Assembly: GCA_013265495.1 (NCBI GenBank)
Contig: MU057887.1
Coordinates: 1,377,985-1,441,984, forward strand
Reading direction: 5' to 3'
Source: Vicugna vicugna
Lineage: Eukaryota
DNA length: 64,000 bases
The translations under genes were made by a program, and so were the position numbers. The number at the start of each line of letters is the position of its first letter. The first letter of the stretch is position 1. The notes beneath the pieces are model-generated. The model saw nothing but the letters and a program-made list of their open reading frames with translations. It made no database searches and was not told the origin of the DNA. Shown piece by piece: positions 24,705 through 36,321 of the stretch.

Positions 24705-25595
24705 AGGGGAGGCGGGGGAGGGGGAAGAAGGAGGGAGGGGGAGGGGGTAGAGTTCCAGTGGCATCTTTCACCCCAAGATTGACACTGGCACAAACAGCAG
24801 CAGAGGCTCCACTTTCCCACGTAAGCTATCTTTCTGTGGGTATTTCTTTTCTCTTTTTCGCAAAGGCCCATTTACAATAATATAGGATATAAGATGTTGT
24901 CTGTTTCCTGGTGGCAGCTGTTATGAAACATCCTTTTAATCTTAAACCACACAGGGATTGGTTCTGCCCCAAGATGCGAAGGTCATACTGATTTAAGCTC
25001 CAAGCTCAGGCCGCGCTGGCGTGCTCAGCGCTATTCTGCCCGCCCCTCACTGGGGGCGGGGGGGCTCCAGTGCCGGGACCCTCCCGCCAGCAGCCCTGGG
25101 GGACACGGCACAAGGAGCCCCCAAGAACCAAGAGCCAGGTTAGGACCAGAAAACAGCATGGAAGATTAACTTACACCGACTGTGCTGGAAGATAAAACGT
25201 GCACCTTGCTATTACTCTCACCGTTAATTTCTCTCAAGACCACGGACCGTGCTGGACAACCAGGTCCCGGAGGCGATGGGTTCGCTCTGTACCTAAATCA
25301 CCTGGGTGGGACTTCCGAGTCTCCATGGGCACAAACCCAACTGCCCATCACGGGGAGCCGCTGAAGTAAGGGCAGCTGTCCTGACCCCGGAGCTCGGCGT
25401 AGCCAGACCGGCAGCCGACATCTTCCTCCGCCGCTGTCAGGGCAGATCCAGACCACGTGATGTCAGGGGGAAAGTAAGTCACTTTTCCACACAAAACAAA
25501 AAAACACGGTCGTGCACAAGTCCAGGGAGCTGTCGGCAGGGATGGCAGAAACTTCAGTGTTGACAGTGATTCCATCTGGGTCACTGAATTTATTG

Positions 25596-25960
25596 TTTTC
25601 AAATAAACTTTTAATTTTAGAGCAGTTCTAGTTCACAGAAAAATTGGGAAGACCGTGCAGAGAGGTCCGTACACCCAGCACCCAGTCTCCCTAGAATTAA
25701 TATCGTTATGACATCGGTGTGGCGTCTTTGTTAGAATCAATGAAGCGATATGGATGTGTTATCAACTAATGCCATGCTTCATTCAGATTTCTTGGTTTTA
25801 CCTACTGGTTTTACTTCTCCATCCCAGGCTCCCCTCCAGGATCCCACATGATACGCAGTCGTCCTGTCTCCCTAGGTCCTCAGCAGTCACCATTTCTCAG
25901 ACTCTCCCTGCTTTTGAGGGCCCTGACGGACTGGAGAAGTCCTGGCCAGGGGTGTCGCGT
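25596..25960 (-). mobile_element. Old L1 (L1MB/L1MC-like) 3' fragment
   Basis: aataaacttttaattttagagcagttctagttcacagaaaaattg...ccaggatcccacatgatac...catttctcagact. Confidence 0.6.
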
Positions 25961-26649
25961 GGCTGGTATTCACTCGCGTGGCGAGTTTCACTTTCTCCTA
26001 TGCTTTCCTCTGCCGTTTTGTCTTCCTGATGAGCACGTGTTAGGGTCACCCCGAGAAGCCTGTTTTCCTTTTGGAGACAGAGAGCTCGCCCAGGGCTCCC
26101 CAAGCCTGCGGGGAAGGCGCTTGGTCATGCAGCACCAGCACCTCCAGGCCAGCCTTGCAGCGCCTCCGAATTCGTCCAGTGTAACTTGCATGGCTTTCTC
26201 CAGGGCAGGTGAGTCACCTCGTTGCCCCTGAGTCACAGCAGGAAAGAGACAGACAGATGGCAGAGTGGGGCTCTGGGACGCCCACCGCCAGATGCTTCCC
26301 ACAAAACCCTGGATGGTGCAGGTGAGGGAGGGCTTCGCAGGTCTTCCCGGAGTGGGGGGCCCGTCCATACGTCCAGCTCTGATGAAAGGTCAGCCCTGGA
26401 CCACAACTGCATCCCTGTGGCTCACTCAGCCCTCGACATGGGGTGTCCCAGGGCCCAAGGCGCTGGCGGACCACAGTGGGCAGGGGCCAGAGCTGAACTT
26501 GCGAGAGGCGATCCAGAAGGACCCCAGGAGGCAGCGGGGTGGGAAGGGGGAGCCAAGCTGGAATGGAGTTTGTCACACACTGGAGGGGAACGGTCTTCCC
26601 AGCCCAAAATGTGAGAAAGCAGTAAGGCCTGGCAAGTCAGTCCGGGAGC

Positions 26650-27565
26650 TGCATGGTCTGGGGCCAGGAGTCCAACATCAAGCGTCAGCAGGATGGGTTC
26701 CACCTGAGGCTCTGAGGGAGAATCCGTTCCATGGTCTGTCCCCGCGTCCGGGGACGCCGGCAGTCCTCGGTGTCCTCGGCTTGTAAAACACCTCACTCCC
26801 GTCTCTGCCTCATCATCTGGTGAGTCCGTGTCCAGATTCTCCGCTCGTAAAAGGACACCACATGCACCCCAGTGCCCACAGCAGCCTATTTACAATAGCA
26901 AGACACGGAAACAGCCCAAATGTGCGTCGACAGGTGATGGATAAAGAAGCTGTGGTATATTTATATGATGGAACACTACTCAGCCATGAAAAGGAATAAA
27001 ATAATGCCATTTGCAGCAACACGGACGGACCTGGAGACTGTCATTCTAAGTGAAGTCAGAAAGAGAAAGAAAAATACCATGATATCATTTACATGTGGAA
27101 TCTAAAAAAAAAGTCAAACAAACTTATTTACAAAACAGAAACAGACTCACAGATACAGAAAACAAAGTTACAGTTACCGAGCCGAGGAAGGGGGTGGGAA
27201 GGGATAAATTGGGAGTTCGAGATTTGCAGATACTAACTTACTATATACAAAATAGATAAACCACAAGTTTCTACTGTACAGCACAGGGAACTATATTCAA
27301 CATCTTATCGTAACTTATGATGAAAAAGAATATGAAAACAAACATATGTATGTACATGTATGATGGAAACATGCTGTACACCAGAAACTGACACAACATT
27401 GTAAACTGACTATACTGAAATTAAAAAAAAAACATGAAGGAAAAAAGGACACCAGTGGGGGGTCAGGATCCATCCAAATCCAGAAGACCTGATGTTGACG
27501 CCCGGTCACATCTGCTCAGACCCTGCCTCCAAATCATACCACACGCTGAGGAAGTTCCGGGGGCC
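26650..27565 (-). mobile_element. MaLR LTR (MLT1-type) split in two by an L1 insertion
   Basis: Left half ggagtccaacatcaag...gaggctctgagggagaatccgttcc...aaggacacca; right half gtcacatctgc..agaccctg..tccaaat. Confidence 0.65.
26861..27442 (+). mobile_element. 5'-truncated L1 (ORF2 end + 3' UTR + A-tail) with 12-bp TSD
   Basis: atttacaatagcaagac...aatgccatttgcagcaac...cattctaagtgaagtcag...aaactgactatactg + A-tail; aaaaggacacca at 26849-26860 and 27443-27454. Confidence 0.9.
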
Positions 27566-29391
27566 GCTCCGCCCAGGACAGACGGGGATGTGTGTTGGGC
27601 GAGACAAGGCCATAGAGGCAGGTGGAGGTCCCCCAATGCTAGGGGCCTCGAGGGCTCTCAGCATGGGGCAGTGGGGGGTGAACGCAGGAGAAACGTCCTC
27701 ACAGTGTAGACTGGTCTGTGCACAGACGGTGCGGCACTGCTGCTGGGGACAGCTGCGCACTGGCCTCTTCCCCGCACTGCCCGTCCCATCCCTGCCACAG
27801 CCCGCGAGGGGCATCGCTGCTGGTCTTTCACAGATCAGGGCACTGAGGCACAAGGGCTGACCCACAAGCCCAGCTAAGGCCATTCAGGCACCAAGCGGCA
27901 GGCCCACACCGACTGGGCTCAAGCCCTTACAACGCTGGGCGGAGCACCCATAGGACCGCGGTCCCAGCTCAGGAGGGTCCACTAGAGACTCAGGGGAGGC
28001 TGGTTTCTGACCGGCTGAACATCCGCAGCCTTGGGGACAACATGGTGAGGTGGGGCCACCAGCAGCTGGAGATGCAGCCAGTCCCAGGACAGAGCATGAC
28101 CACTGGCTGGAGTCTGGTCACCCCATTACATGCACACTGTGGTCTAAACTGGGAGTTGGCACCTCGGTCTCCCACTGCCAACACCGTGCCAGGCCTGCTC
28201 GGCAAAGCCCGTGACGGCACAGTCAGGCCAGTTGTGGCCGCATCCACTGGGCAGTGTTTGCTTTCCGGCTGGCTGGGGACAAAGGCTGTACTCCTGTCCT
28301 TTGTCCTGCCCCCTCCCAGGCCTCCCACGGGGCAGGGAGGGCCTGCGGGGGACGCTGCAGTGGTTCTTTGCGTTCTCTCCGCAAGGTGCGGCGTATTTTT
28401 GAGGCCAAGTTGAGGGTGGACAACAGGTGCGATGTTCTGATCTGCTACCCGGAGGGCATCTGGTTCCTTTCCTTTCTGGGCAACAAAAGCTGCATCTAGA
28501 ACCTGTGACTGGGCTCCTTTCAGAGGAACAAGGTGACAGGTGTTCAGGGGACAGCGGGGCAAATGCTGGCGTCAGGCCTGGTGGGCACCCTGGCCCCAGA
28601 ACACGCTGCTTCTCCTGCCTCGTCCCCAGAGAAGGAGCCTCAGGCCCGGGAGGGAGCGTCTCGTTCCAGCACCAGCATCTCAGGCACAATTAGATGTTGC
28701 ACAAGAAGCCTGGCAAGGGTGCTGGGAAACCCCGGCGGCCCTGAGCAGACGCCGCAGGCAGGCAGGTGGCCGCGAGCACGCGGAAAGGGCTCTGGCTCCA
28801 CCCACGTTCCCGCAGCTACCGCTGCTGCTGACCACCCCAGTAAAGCATGCTAACCAGCTGCAAGGAATTTAAACTTCCTGCCAGCGACGGCAGTAGCCGT
28901 GAGGAGCCGCGAGGGAAAGATCAAACCCATTCTGAACGCGGGCCCAGCCAGACTCAGGGTCCCCAGTGAGTCGTTCCCGGTGAGTCGTCCCCCAGCGGGG
29001 ACATCGCTGGTCCAGGCAAATGGCAGTGCACACGCCAGTCCTGGGAAGCCCTCACATGCGGGGAGAGCCGCACGTGGGGAGAGAGAGCCCGCAGCACGAT
29101 GCTCCCTGCGATTGTCTACAGCTTTGTGACTGTTCTCCATAAAAATGAATAAATAAGCTAAATAAAACACACGTTTGGGATTTGAAGGTTATACTGTAAA
29201 ACGGTAAAACATATCATTTTGGCCGCTGACACTGTACTTCAAATGCCATAATCATCAGCGTAGTTAGAACAACAGGAGTTTAGAATAAAGACCTTTGATT
29301 CCAGCATCTTGAATTTTCTCCAACTCTGAAAACAACTCTGAAGTACTGGCTGGTAAGACTGTAACTGTTTTTCCTACGTGTGTGTGTGTGT

Positions 29392-29858
29392 ATATTTTTT
29401 TCAATTGAAGTATAGTCAGTTCCCAACGTTGTGTCAGTTTCTGGTGCACAGCACAACGCTTCAGTCACACGTGAACACACATGTATTCGTTTTCATTCTT
29501 TTTCACCGTACGTTGCTACAAGATATTGAACATAGTTCCCTGTGCTGTACAGTATAAACTCGTTTATCTATTTTATATATAGTAGTTAGTACCTGCAAAT
29601 CTTGAACTCCCAATTTAGCCCTTCCCACCTCCCCCCTCCGTAACCCTAAGTTTGCTTTCTATGTCTGTTTTCTGTTTTGTAAATAAGTTCGTTTGACTTT
29701 TTTTTTTTACATTCCACATATAATTGATAATCATATGATATTTTTCTTTCTCTTTCTGGCTTACTTCACTTAGGATGACATTCTCCAGATCCATCCATGT
29801 TGCTGCAGATGGCATTATTTTCTTCTTTTTATGGCTGAGGACTATTCCATTCTATATT

Positions 29859-29894
<36 letters not shown>

Positions 29895-30036
29895 GTATAC
29901 ATAGTACTGTTCCATCTCATATGTACACATATATCATAGACCACGTCTTCTTTATCCAGTCATCTGTCATGGACATTCAGGTTGCTTCCATGTCTTGGCT
30001 GTTGTAAACAGAGCTGCTGTGAACACTGAGGTGCAC
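29392..30036 (-). mobile_element. 5'-truncated L1 with an internal (TA)n(CA)n microsatellite (~29860-29895)
   Basis: tttcaattgaagtatagtcagtt...tggcttacttcacttagg...atccatgttgctgcagatggcatt. ORF 29615-29815 gives MPSAATWMDLENVILSEVSQ, a typical L1 3'-end translation. Confidence 0.9.
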
Positions 30037-30379
30037 GCCTTTAACTATTTGTCATCCCAATATTGTGCAGTAATAACAAAGATAGTTTATAATACAGAAA
30101 GATAAATAAATAAAATATCTACAGCTTCAAGTCTGCAATCATTCAAATAGAATATGCAACTTGATCTTGCTGCATTACTCTGTTTCCAGGCAGACTCATG
30201 GACCTGGTATCCTTCCTCCCCTCCAAAAGGATAAAATTCTAGAAGTGACAAGGAATCATCCTCTCCCAAGACATGGAGAAAGGAGAAGCCACGTCTCCAG
30301 ACCATCAGGAGCGAGTGAGCTGGAGACACATGAGAAAATTCGTGACCTCAGGAAGCATGAGGAACGGGGAGACCTTACC

Positions 30380-31062
30380 GAGGAGGGGGATCCTGACACG
30401 GGTTCCAACCTGGATGAACCTGAGGACACTGTGCTGAGTGAGAGAAGCCAGTCAGAAAAGGACACATGCCATGTGACCCCGCCTGGATGGGGAGTCCTGA
30501 GCGGTCGACTTCCCAGAGACAGAAAGTGGATGATGGATGCCAGGGCTGCAGGAGGGGACGGAGGGTCAGGGTTTAACAGGCACAGAGCCTCAGTTTTGCA
30601 AGACAAACAATTTCTGGAGACAGAGGGTGGTGATGCTTGCACAAAAGTATGAATGTCCTTAATGCCACCAAGCTGTACCCCTAAAAACAGTTAGATGGCA
30701 ACTTCTATGTTATGTAAATTTTTTGCATTCTTTTTTATTGAGGTATATAGTCAGCTTACAATGCTGTGTCAATTTCTGGTGCACAGCATAATGTTTCAGT
30801 CATACATGAACATACATATATTCCTTTTTGTATCTTTTCCATTATATAGGTCACTACAAGATATTGAATATAGTTCCCTGTGTTATATAGTATGAACTTA
30901 CTATTTATCCAATTTACATATAGTAGTCGGTATCTGCAAATCTCAAACTCCCAATTTATCCCTTCCCGCCCCCTTCCCCCCGTAACCCTAAGTCTGTTCT
31001 CTATGTGAGTCTGTCTCTGTTTTATGTTCTGTAAATTTTACTGCAGTTATAAATAAATAAAA
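30380..31062 (+). mobile_element. Old L1 (L1MB-like) 3' end, interrupted by a younger antisense L1
   Basis: tggatgaacctgaggacactgtgctgagtgagagaagccagtcagaaaaggacac...tttctggagacagagggtggtgatgcttgcac...tgaatgtccttaatgccac. Confidence 0.75.
30723..31022 (-). mobile_element. 5'-truncated young L1 3' UTR with ~17-bp TSD
   Basis: tttattgaggtatatagtcagcttacaatg...tatctgcaaatctcaaactcccaattt; tatgttatgtaaatttt (30706-30722) vs tatgttctgtaaatttt (31023-31039). Confidence 0.85.
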
Positions 31063-31483
31063 ACAGGAGTACATAAACGAATGAGGGAGAATAAAGAATT
31101 GAGAAAAGAAGTAGGCAAGACACCTTCCTTCCCTTGTCACTGCCAGATTTGTTCTTTTCGGTAAAATCACATGACCGTGGACAGCACTGATTCAGAAACA
31201 CGCTCTCCTGATTCCACTGTGAAATACAGCTCCCACCCCATGGCCGAAGTTAGTACCCATTCAGCTTTTCCCACGACCGGGTTAGTCCACGAGAAACAAC
31301 TCGTCCCCGCTGGATGGAACCTGCCCGAAGGCTGAAATCGTGTCAGGCCCCGTTACGGCACCCCTGGAAGGTGTTCTCAGCTCCCTGCGGCTGGCCTGGC
31401 TCCGGGCCGCGGAAGCTGGGGGCTGAGGCAGAGAAAGCACATTCTTGTCAAGATAAAGCACTTCCACTTAAGAGTTAAGAATT

Positions 31484-32005
31484 GGTTCCTCCAAAGTTAA
31501 GCATATAATTAACACATGACCCAGAATTCCACTCCTAGGTAGAATTCAAAGGAATTGAAAACACATACCCTCACGGAGGGTGCTTTGGACATGGATGCTT
31601 GTAGCGGCAACATTCACAACAGCCAAAAAGTGGAAACCCAATGTCCACCAACTGATGAATAAACAGATAAACAAAATGCGGTCTCTATCCATACAATGGA
31701 CAGTTACTCAGACACAGAAAGAAATGGCACGCTTCAACGCGGATGAGCCTCGTGCGACCGCGTGTACGTGAAACGTCCAGGACAGGTAAATCCGCGACAG
31801 AAACCACACTGGTACTTGCCAAGGGCAGGCGGGTGGGGCGTAGGGAGTGAGTGCTAGGGGTGTGGGGCTTCTCTGGGTGATGGGAATGTTCTGGAACTCG
31901 AGAAGGGGCTTGCACAGCACTGTGAATACACTGCATGCCACTGAACTGTCCACTTTGAAGTGGTTAGTTTTATGTGATGTGAATTTCACCTCCATTTTTT
32001 AAAAA
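31484..32005 (+). mobile_element. Old L1 (L1MB-like) 3' fragment
   Basis: catgacccagaattccactcctaggta...agccaaaaagtggaaacccaatgtccaccaactgatgaat...tgtgaatacact...tgtgaatttcacctc. Confidence 0.8.
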
Positions 32006-32619
32006 GAGAGAGTTAAGGATTGACTCAAAAGTTTGCTTTATTTTGCACGAGATTTCCCAAAAGGAAGAAAAATGTTTGAAAAGCATTTTAAAAATGATTT
32101 CCTTAAAACCAAGTGGTGACTGAAGTCAGAGCAGAAGGGCCTCTGACTTCGGAGGTGGGAGCCACCTTCTGACCCGGGGACACTGGGACAACTTTCTCCT
32201 GATGAAAGTGCTGAGCTGCTGCCAGGGTGGAGCTAAAGCTGTTTACACTGTAAACTAAACATTGTGAAAGAAACCGGCACTGGGAGGGCTCACATGCCCA
32301 CAGTGGAAACACACGGGCCGTCCCGCTCCGATGGGATCACACCGTTTTGTCAGGAACCTTTGTCATCCCTGGTTTTTGTTTTATTTCAGGCATTGGCTGA
32401 ACAACACGTGGGCATCGTTTGCCGAACAGGAATCAGGATGTCTCATCTCACTAAGCTCCTCGCGGGGGATGTGCGGTGCTCACAAGGCCTGACCGGGGCT
32501 CTATTAGGATTCGGAGGAGAAAAGCAGTGATGCTGGGACTGCGGGGTCCAGGGCCGGCTCCCTCCACCGTGGGCGCACGGCTCACACTCGGGGGGGATGT
32601 TGAGGCTGGGGCCGGCCCA

Positions 32620-32726
32620 GGCACTGGGGTGCCAGCGGCACCCATGTGCCCACCCACAATGCCAGTCACCCCCCTTAACACAGCAGCTGTCACAACCACA
32701 GACGTCTCCAGATACTGTCAGGTGTC
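32620..32726 (-). mobile_element. MER20 fragment
   Basis: ccacaatgccagtcacccc...gctgtcacaaccacagacgtctccagatactgtcaggtgtc resembles antisense MER20. Confidence 0.55.
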
Positions 32727-32729
32727 ACA

Positions 32730-32960
32730 CTGCCGGCTGTGAGGATGGGAAAGAGCCACGAGCCAGGGGTGTGGGGTCCTTTAGGTGCCGGAGAAGCCGG
32801 AAGCGGTCTCCCCCAGAGCCTCTAGAAAGGAACACAGTCCCGCCGCACCTCGGGTTCACCCCAGTGAGGCTTCTAACCCAGTGAACTGTCGGAGAGTAAA
32901 CTGGGGTTCTCTCAAGCCACTAAGTCAGTGGGACTGTTACAAGGGCAATGAAGACCTCAT
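32730..32960 (+). mobile_element. MaLR LTR (MLT1D-like) 3' fragment
   Basis: gagccacgagccagggg...tctcccccagagcctctagaaaggaacacag...aagccactaagt. Confidence 0.7.
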
Positions 32961-32964
32961 TCTG

Positions 32965-34945
32965 TGAGGCTACCATCACCTTGATACCAAAGTCAGACAA
33001 GCGCAGGCCACATTTCTCAGGAGCACAGACACAACAATTCTTAAAAAAAGAGCACATCGACTAAATATAATCATGTATAAAAAAGACAATGTATTGAGAC
33101 CAAATTGGATTTATCTCAGGGATTTAACATTTGAAAATGTGTTAACGTAACACCACACTTTTAAAAAAAAGCATATTTGCAGGGAGGTAGAGCTCAGTGG
33201 CAGAGTGCATGCTTAGTGAGCATGAGGTCCTGGGGGTTGAACCCAGGACCCCCTGTTAAAAAATTAAATAAATAAACCTAATTACCTCCCCCCAAAACAA
33301 AAACAAACAAAAAGCATATTTGCATCTCAATAGAGGAAAAGATTCAATAAAATTCTGCAATCACTCATAATAAAGACACTGGACAGAGAAAGTAGAGACA
33401 GGTGCTTCCTTCAACTGATAAAGGCATCTATGGAAGCCCAACGGCAAATGCCACGCTTAACAGCGGTGCCCGCTAACGTCTCCATTTCCAAGCTGCACCG
33501 GAGGCCTAATCAGTACAAAGAGAATGGGTGGGTGGATGGGTGGTGGGTGGATGGAAAGGAAGAAGAAACCACGTCATCTGTCACAGATCATATGACGAAC
33601 AGCATGGAAAACGCCACCGGCTCCACCAGCAACTTGTCACGAGGCCTCCAAGCATCCAGCCAGGTGGCGACAGATCAAGACAGAAAAGCCAAATGCACTT
33701 CTCATACCAGTCTCAAAAAGCATCGTTTCTGAAATGCCATTTACAACAGAGCTAAAACATACTGCACTTGAGAAGAGATCTAATAAAAGGCAAGGAAGCC
33801 CTTTATAAAGAAAAAGACAAAACACTGTAGGCAGAAATAAAGAAGACACCCCCATGCTCACCGATAGGAAGAGCCGATGCGGAAAGGGGAGCAGTTCTCC
33901 TCAGACTGATTTACAGACTCGCTGCCATTCTTACCAAGATCCCTACAGGGTCCTTCGTAAAAGTGGTGAGACAATCTCTAATGGCTTGACGACAGCCAGG
34001 GCACTGCTGAAGAAGAGGGCGGGGGGACCGGCTCCACGAGATGCCAGTACTTGTCCTGGTCTACAGTAACCAGCGGGTGTCCACAGAGCAACCCACAGAC
34101 CTGTGGACAGGACAGAGTGCCCAGAAACAGACCCAGAAGAGACCGTGACACGTGACAGAGCTGGCCACTGGGAGAGAATATTCCCCCAATGGTCCCAAGA
34201 TCATCGGACGGAGACCAGCCCTATAGAGGACAGAACGGCACTGCACCCCTACCTCACACCACACACACACAAAACCGACTCCAGGGGATTCAGAACTTAC
34301 ATGTGAAAGGCACAGCCTGTTTTAGAAGGGGCTGTACAGAACATCGTTTATGATCTGAGGCAGGTAAGGATTTCTTAAGACACATAAGACATGATCATAA
34401 AGGGAAAAATGTATCATTTTGACATTAAATACTTTACAAAGGACCTGATTTTAAAAATGAAGGATGAGACGAGCCATAAGCTGGCACACATTGGACCCTA
34501 AGACAAATAAAAAGCCGCTCACATCAGCAACAATCTGAGAAACGCAAGCTGAAACCATAATGAAATTCCATTTTACACCCACCAGACTGGCAAAAATGAA
34601 GAAGCCAGACAACAAGTGATGGCAAGGATGAGCGAGGAATGCTTGCCTGTTGGTGGTGGAAATGTGAATTGGCCCAATCGCTCTGCAAAACCCTGGAGTT
34701 ACCCAACATTGCCACGCCGGACGGGCACAACTCCCAGGGAACCACCCCAGGGGAAGCCAAGCCCTCACAGGCCAGGAGGGCACACAGGGTATCCAAGCAG
34801 CACATCAGGTCAACAGAGGGGAACGCCACGCAACGGCGAAAACGAACCAGCTACAACTAGGGGCGCCGCTGAGCGGAAGGGGCAGGCGTCTGTGAAGACA
34901 CACGGCCTCGTGCCACGTGCACAAGCTCCAGAAACAGACACAACC
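32965..34945 (+). mobile_element. Old, fragmented L1 ORF2/3' region interrupted by a SINE
   Basis: accttgataccaaagtcagacaa; ttcaactgataaaggcatctatggaa; aatgccatttacaac; ccagaaacagaccca; cacccctacctcacaccacacac; ccattttacacccaccagactggcaaaaat are collinear L1 ORF2 landmarks. Confidence 0.75.
33182..33308 (+). mobile_element. tRNA-derived SINE (Vic-1-like, camelid) with 16-bp TSD
   Basis: gggaggtagagctcagtggcagagtgcatgcttag...aataaacctaattacctcccccc + A-rich tail; aaaaagcatatttgca at 33166-33181 and 33309-33324. Confidence 0.88.
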
Positions 34946-34952
34946 TAACGAC

Positions 34953-35225
34953 GCAGGTCCACACCCTTTATCCGAAACCCCCGGGTCCAGATGTTTCCAG
35001 AACTCGGAATTTTCTTCTGAATTGGAAAGTTATGTGCAGCGCACGTTGCGTGCACAGCCAAATGGTGGCCTCCTGCTGCTCCGCGTGCGGACGCTCCCAC
35101 GAGGCCGGATGAAGGCCGCCACCAGTCTCACGTTGGTCTGGGTCAAACTGTGCTGCCGAGTGAACTTCTGCAGAATTGACCTTGGCTTTCAGAGCTCTGG
35201 GGTTTTAGAAAAGCCGATGCGGAAG
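34953..35225. mobile_element. Tigger/MER46-like DNA transposon relic
   Basis: caggtccacaccctttatccgaaacc...ccagatgtttccagaactcggaatttt start and tttcagagctctggggttttagaa end resemble TcMar-Tigger termini; family uncertain. Confidence 0.45.
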
Positions 35226-35744
35226 AGCAGCAGCGTGCTGACAACCAGGCGCACAGGCCACGGGGTCGGCCGGACAGGGGGCGGGGGGCGAGGGGAGAGA
35301 AGGGGTCCTGCGGCACAGGCGTGTGTGGGGTGGGTTCTTCATACGTCTGAACTCCTTCAAAACTTCCTTGGGTGAAAATGGGAGTGGAGTGGGGGATGAC
35401 TGGCAGCGGGGAAGGAGGCAGGACCGAGGCTTCCAGCTGGAACAGGGATCCTGTTCCCAGAGACAGGAACCTCGGGACGGAGGCGAGGCTTTGTCTCTGT
35501 CTGGGGCGTGACGGGATACTGAGATGTGACGGTTTTACAGAAATGGCCACAAAGGCTGAGACATCCTCCCACCACAGGTGAGACCCGCATCCCTTTCCTC
35601 TTGAATCTGGTGGGCCCGGGACAGCTTTAACCAGCAGAGGGAGGAGGGACATCGCCCAGCGACCCCTAGGTCACAAAAGGCCCCAGATTCACCCTCCTGA
35701 GACAACCCCACCCCGGCCCCCTCCTCCGTGGGCAAGCTCAGGCG

Positions 35745-35830
35745 CCCCCTTCCCCCACGGTGCCTCCGTCTCCTCATCAGTAAAGCCAGGATGACGGCTC
35801 TCTGCCCCCCAGAGGCCTGTGAGGACCGCA
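35745..35830. mobile_element. MIR fragment
   Basis: gtgcctccgtctcctcatcagtaaag...ctgtgagga matches the MIR core. Confidence 0.55.
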
Positions 35831-36186
35831 GAGCCAAACGAGTCTTTGTTCTCGTCACCCATCACCTCTTGTGCTGCCCCCACAGCTCAGACTCTGCTCC
35901 AAGGGATGTGGGGCCCAGGCTGGGGGGCAGAGGGGGACCTCAGGGGCCGGCCCAGGACACACAGCCCTCAGGGAGGAGGCCCAGCAGCCTCCACACGGCT
36001 CCCCTGCTGTTTGACACGAACACTTTCCAAAGAGAAGATAATTATTAACTGCAGGGCTTAATGAGCAGAGGGAACTTCGGGGATTTCTAATACCAATAAT
36101 TTGTACCTATTTGAGTGCAAATGCACAAAGCAAAGGCAGCTGGAACCTCCAGCATCGGGCTCTGCGCTTTGCCTCCAGGTAAGAAT

Positions 36187-36321
36187 GCACAGCGGAGCCG
36201 AGCACAGCGGAGCCGAGCACAGGTGCGTGACACAGAAAACCAGGGCTTCCCCCAGCCCCCAACCCTGCCCCGCTCTGACACTCCTGTGGGTCCCCACCCT
36301 GCCCTGCTCTGACACTCCTGT
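36187..36321. repeat. Two adjacent short tandem duplications (15-bp and 34-bp periods)
   Basis: gcacagcggagccga x2 + gcacag (36187-36222); accctgccc(c/t)gctctgacactcctgt at 36262-36287 and 36296-36321. Confidence 0.85.
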
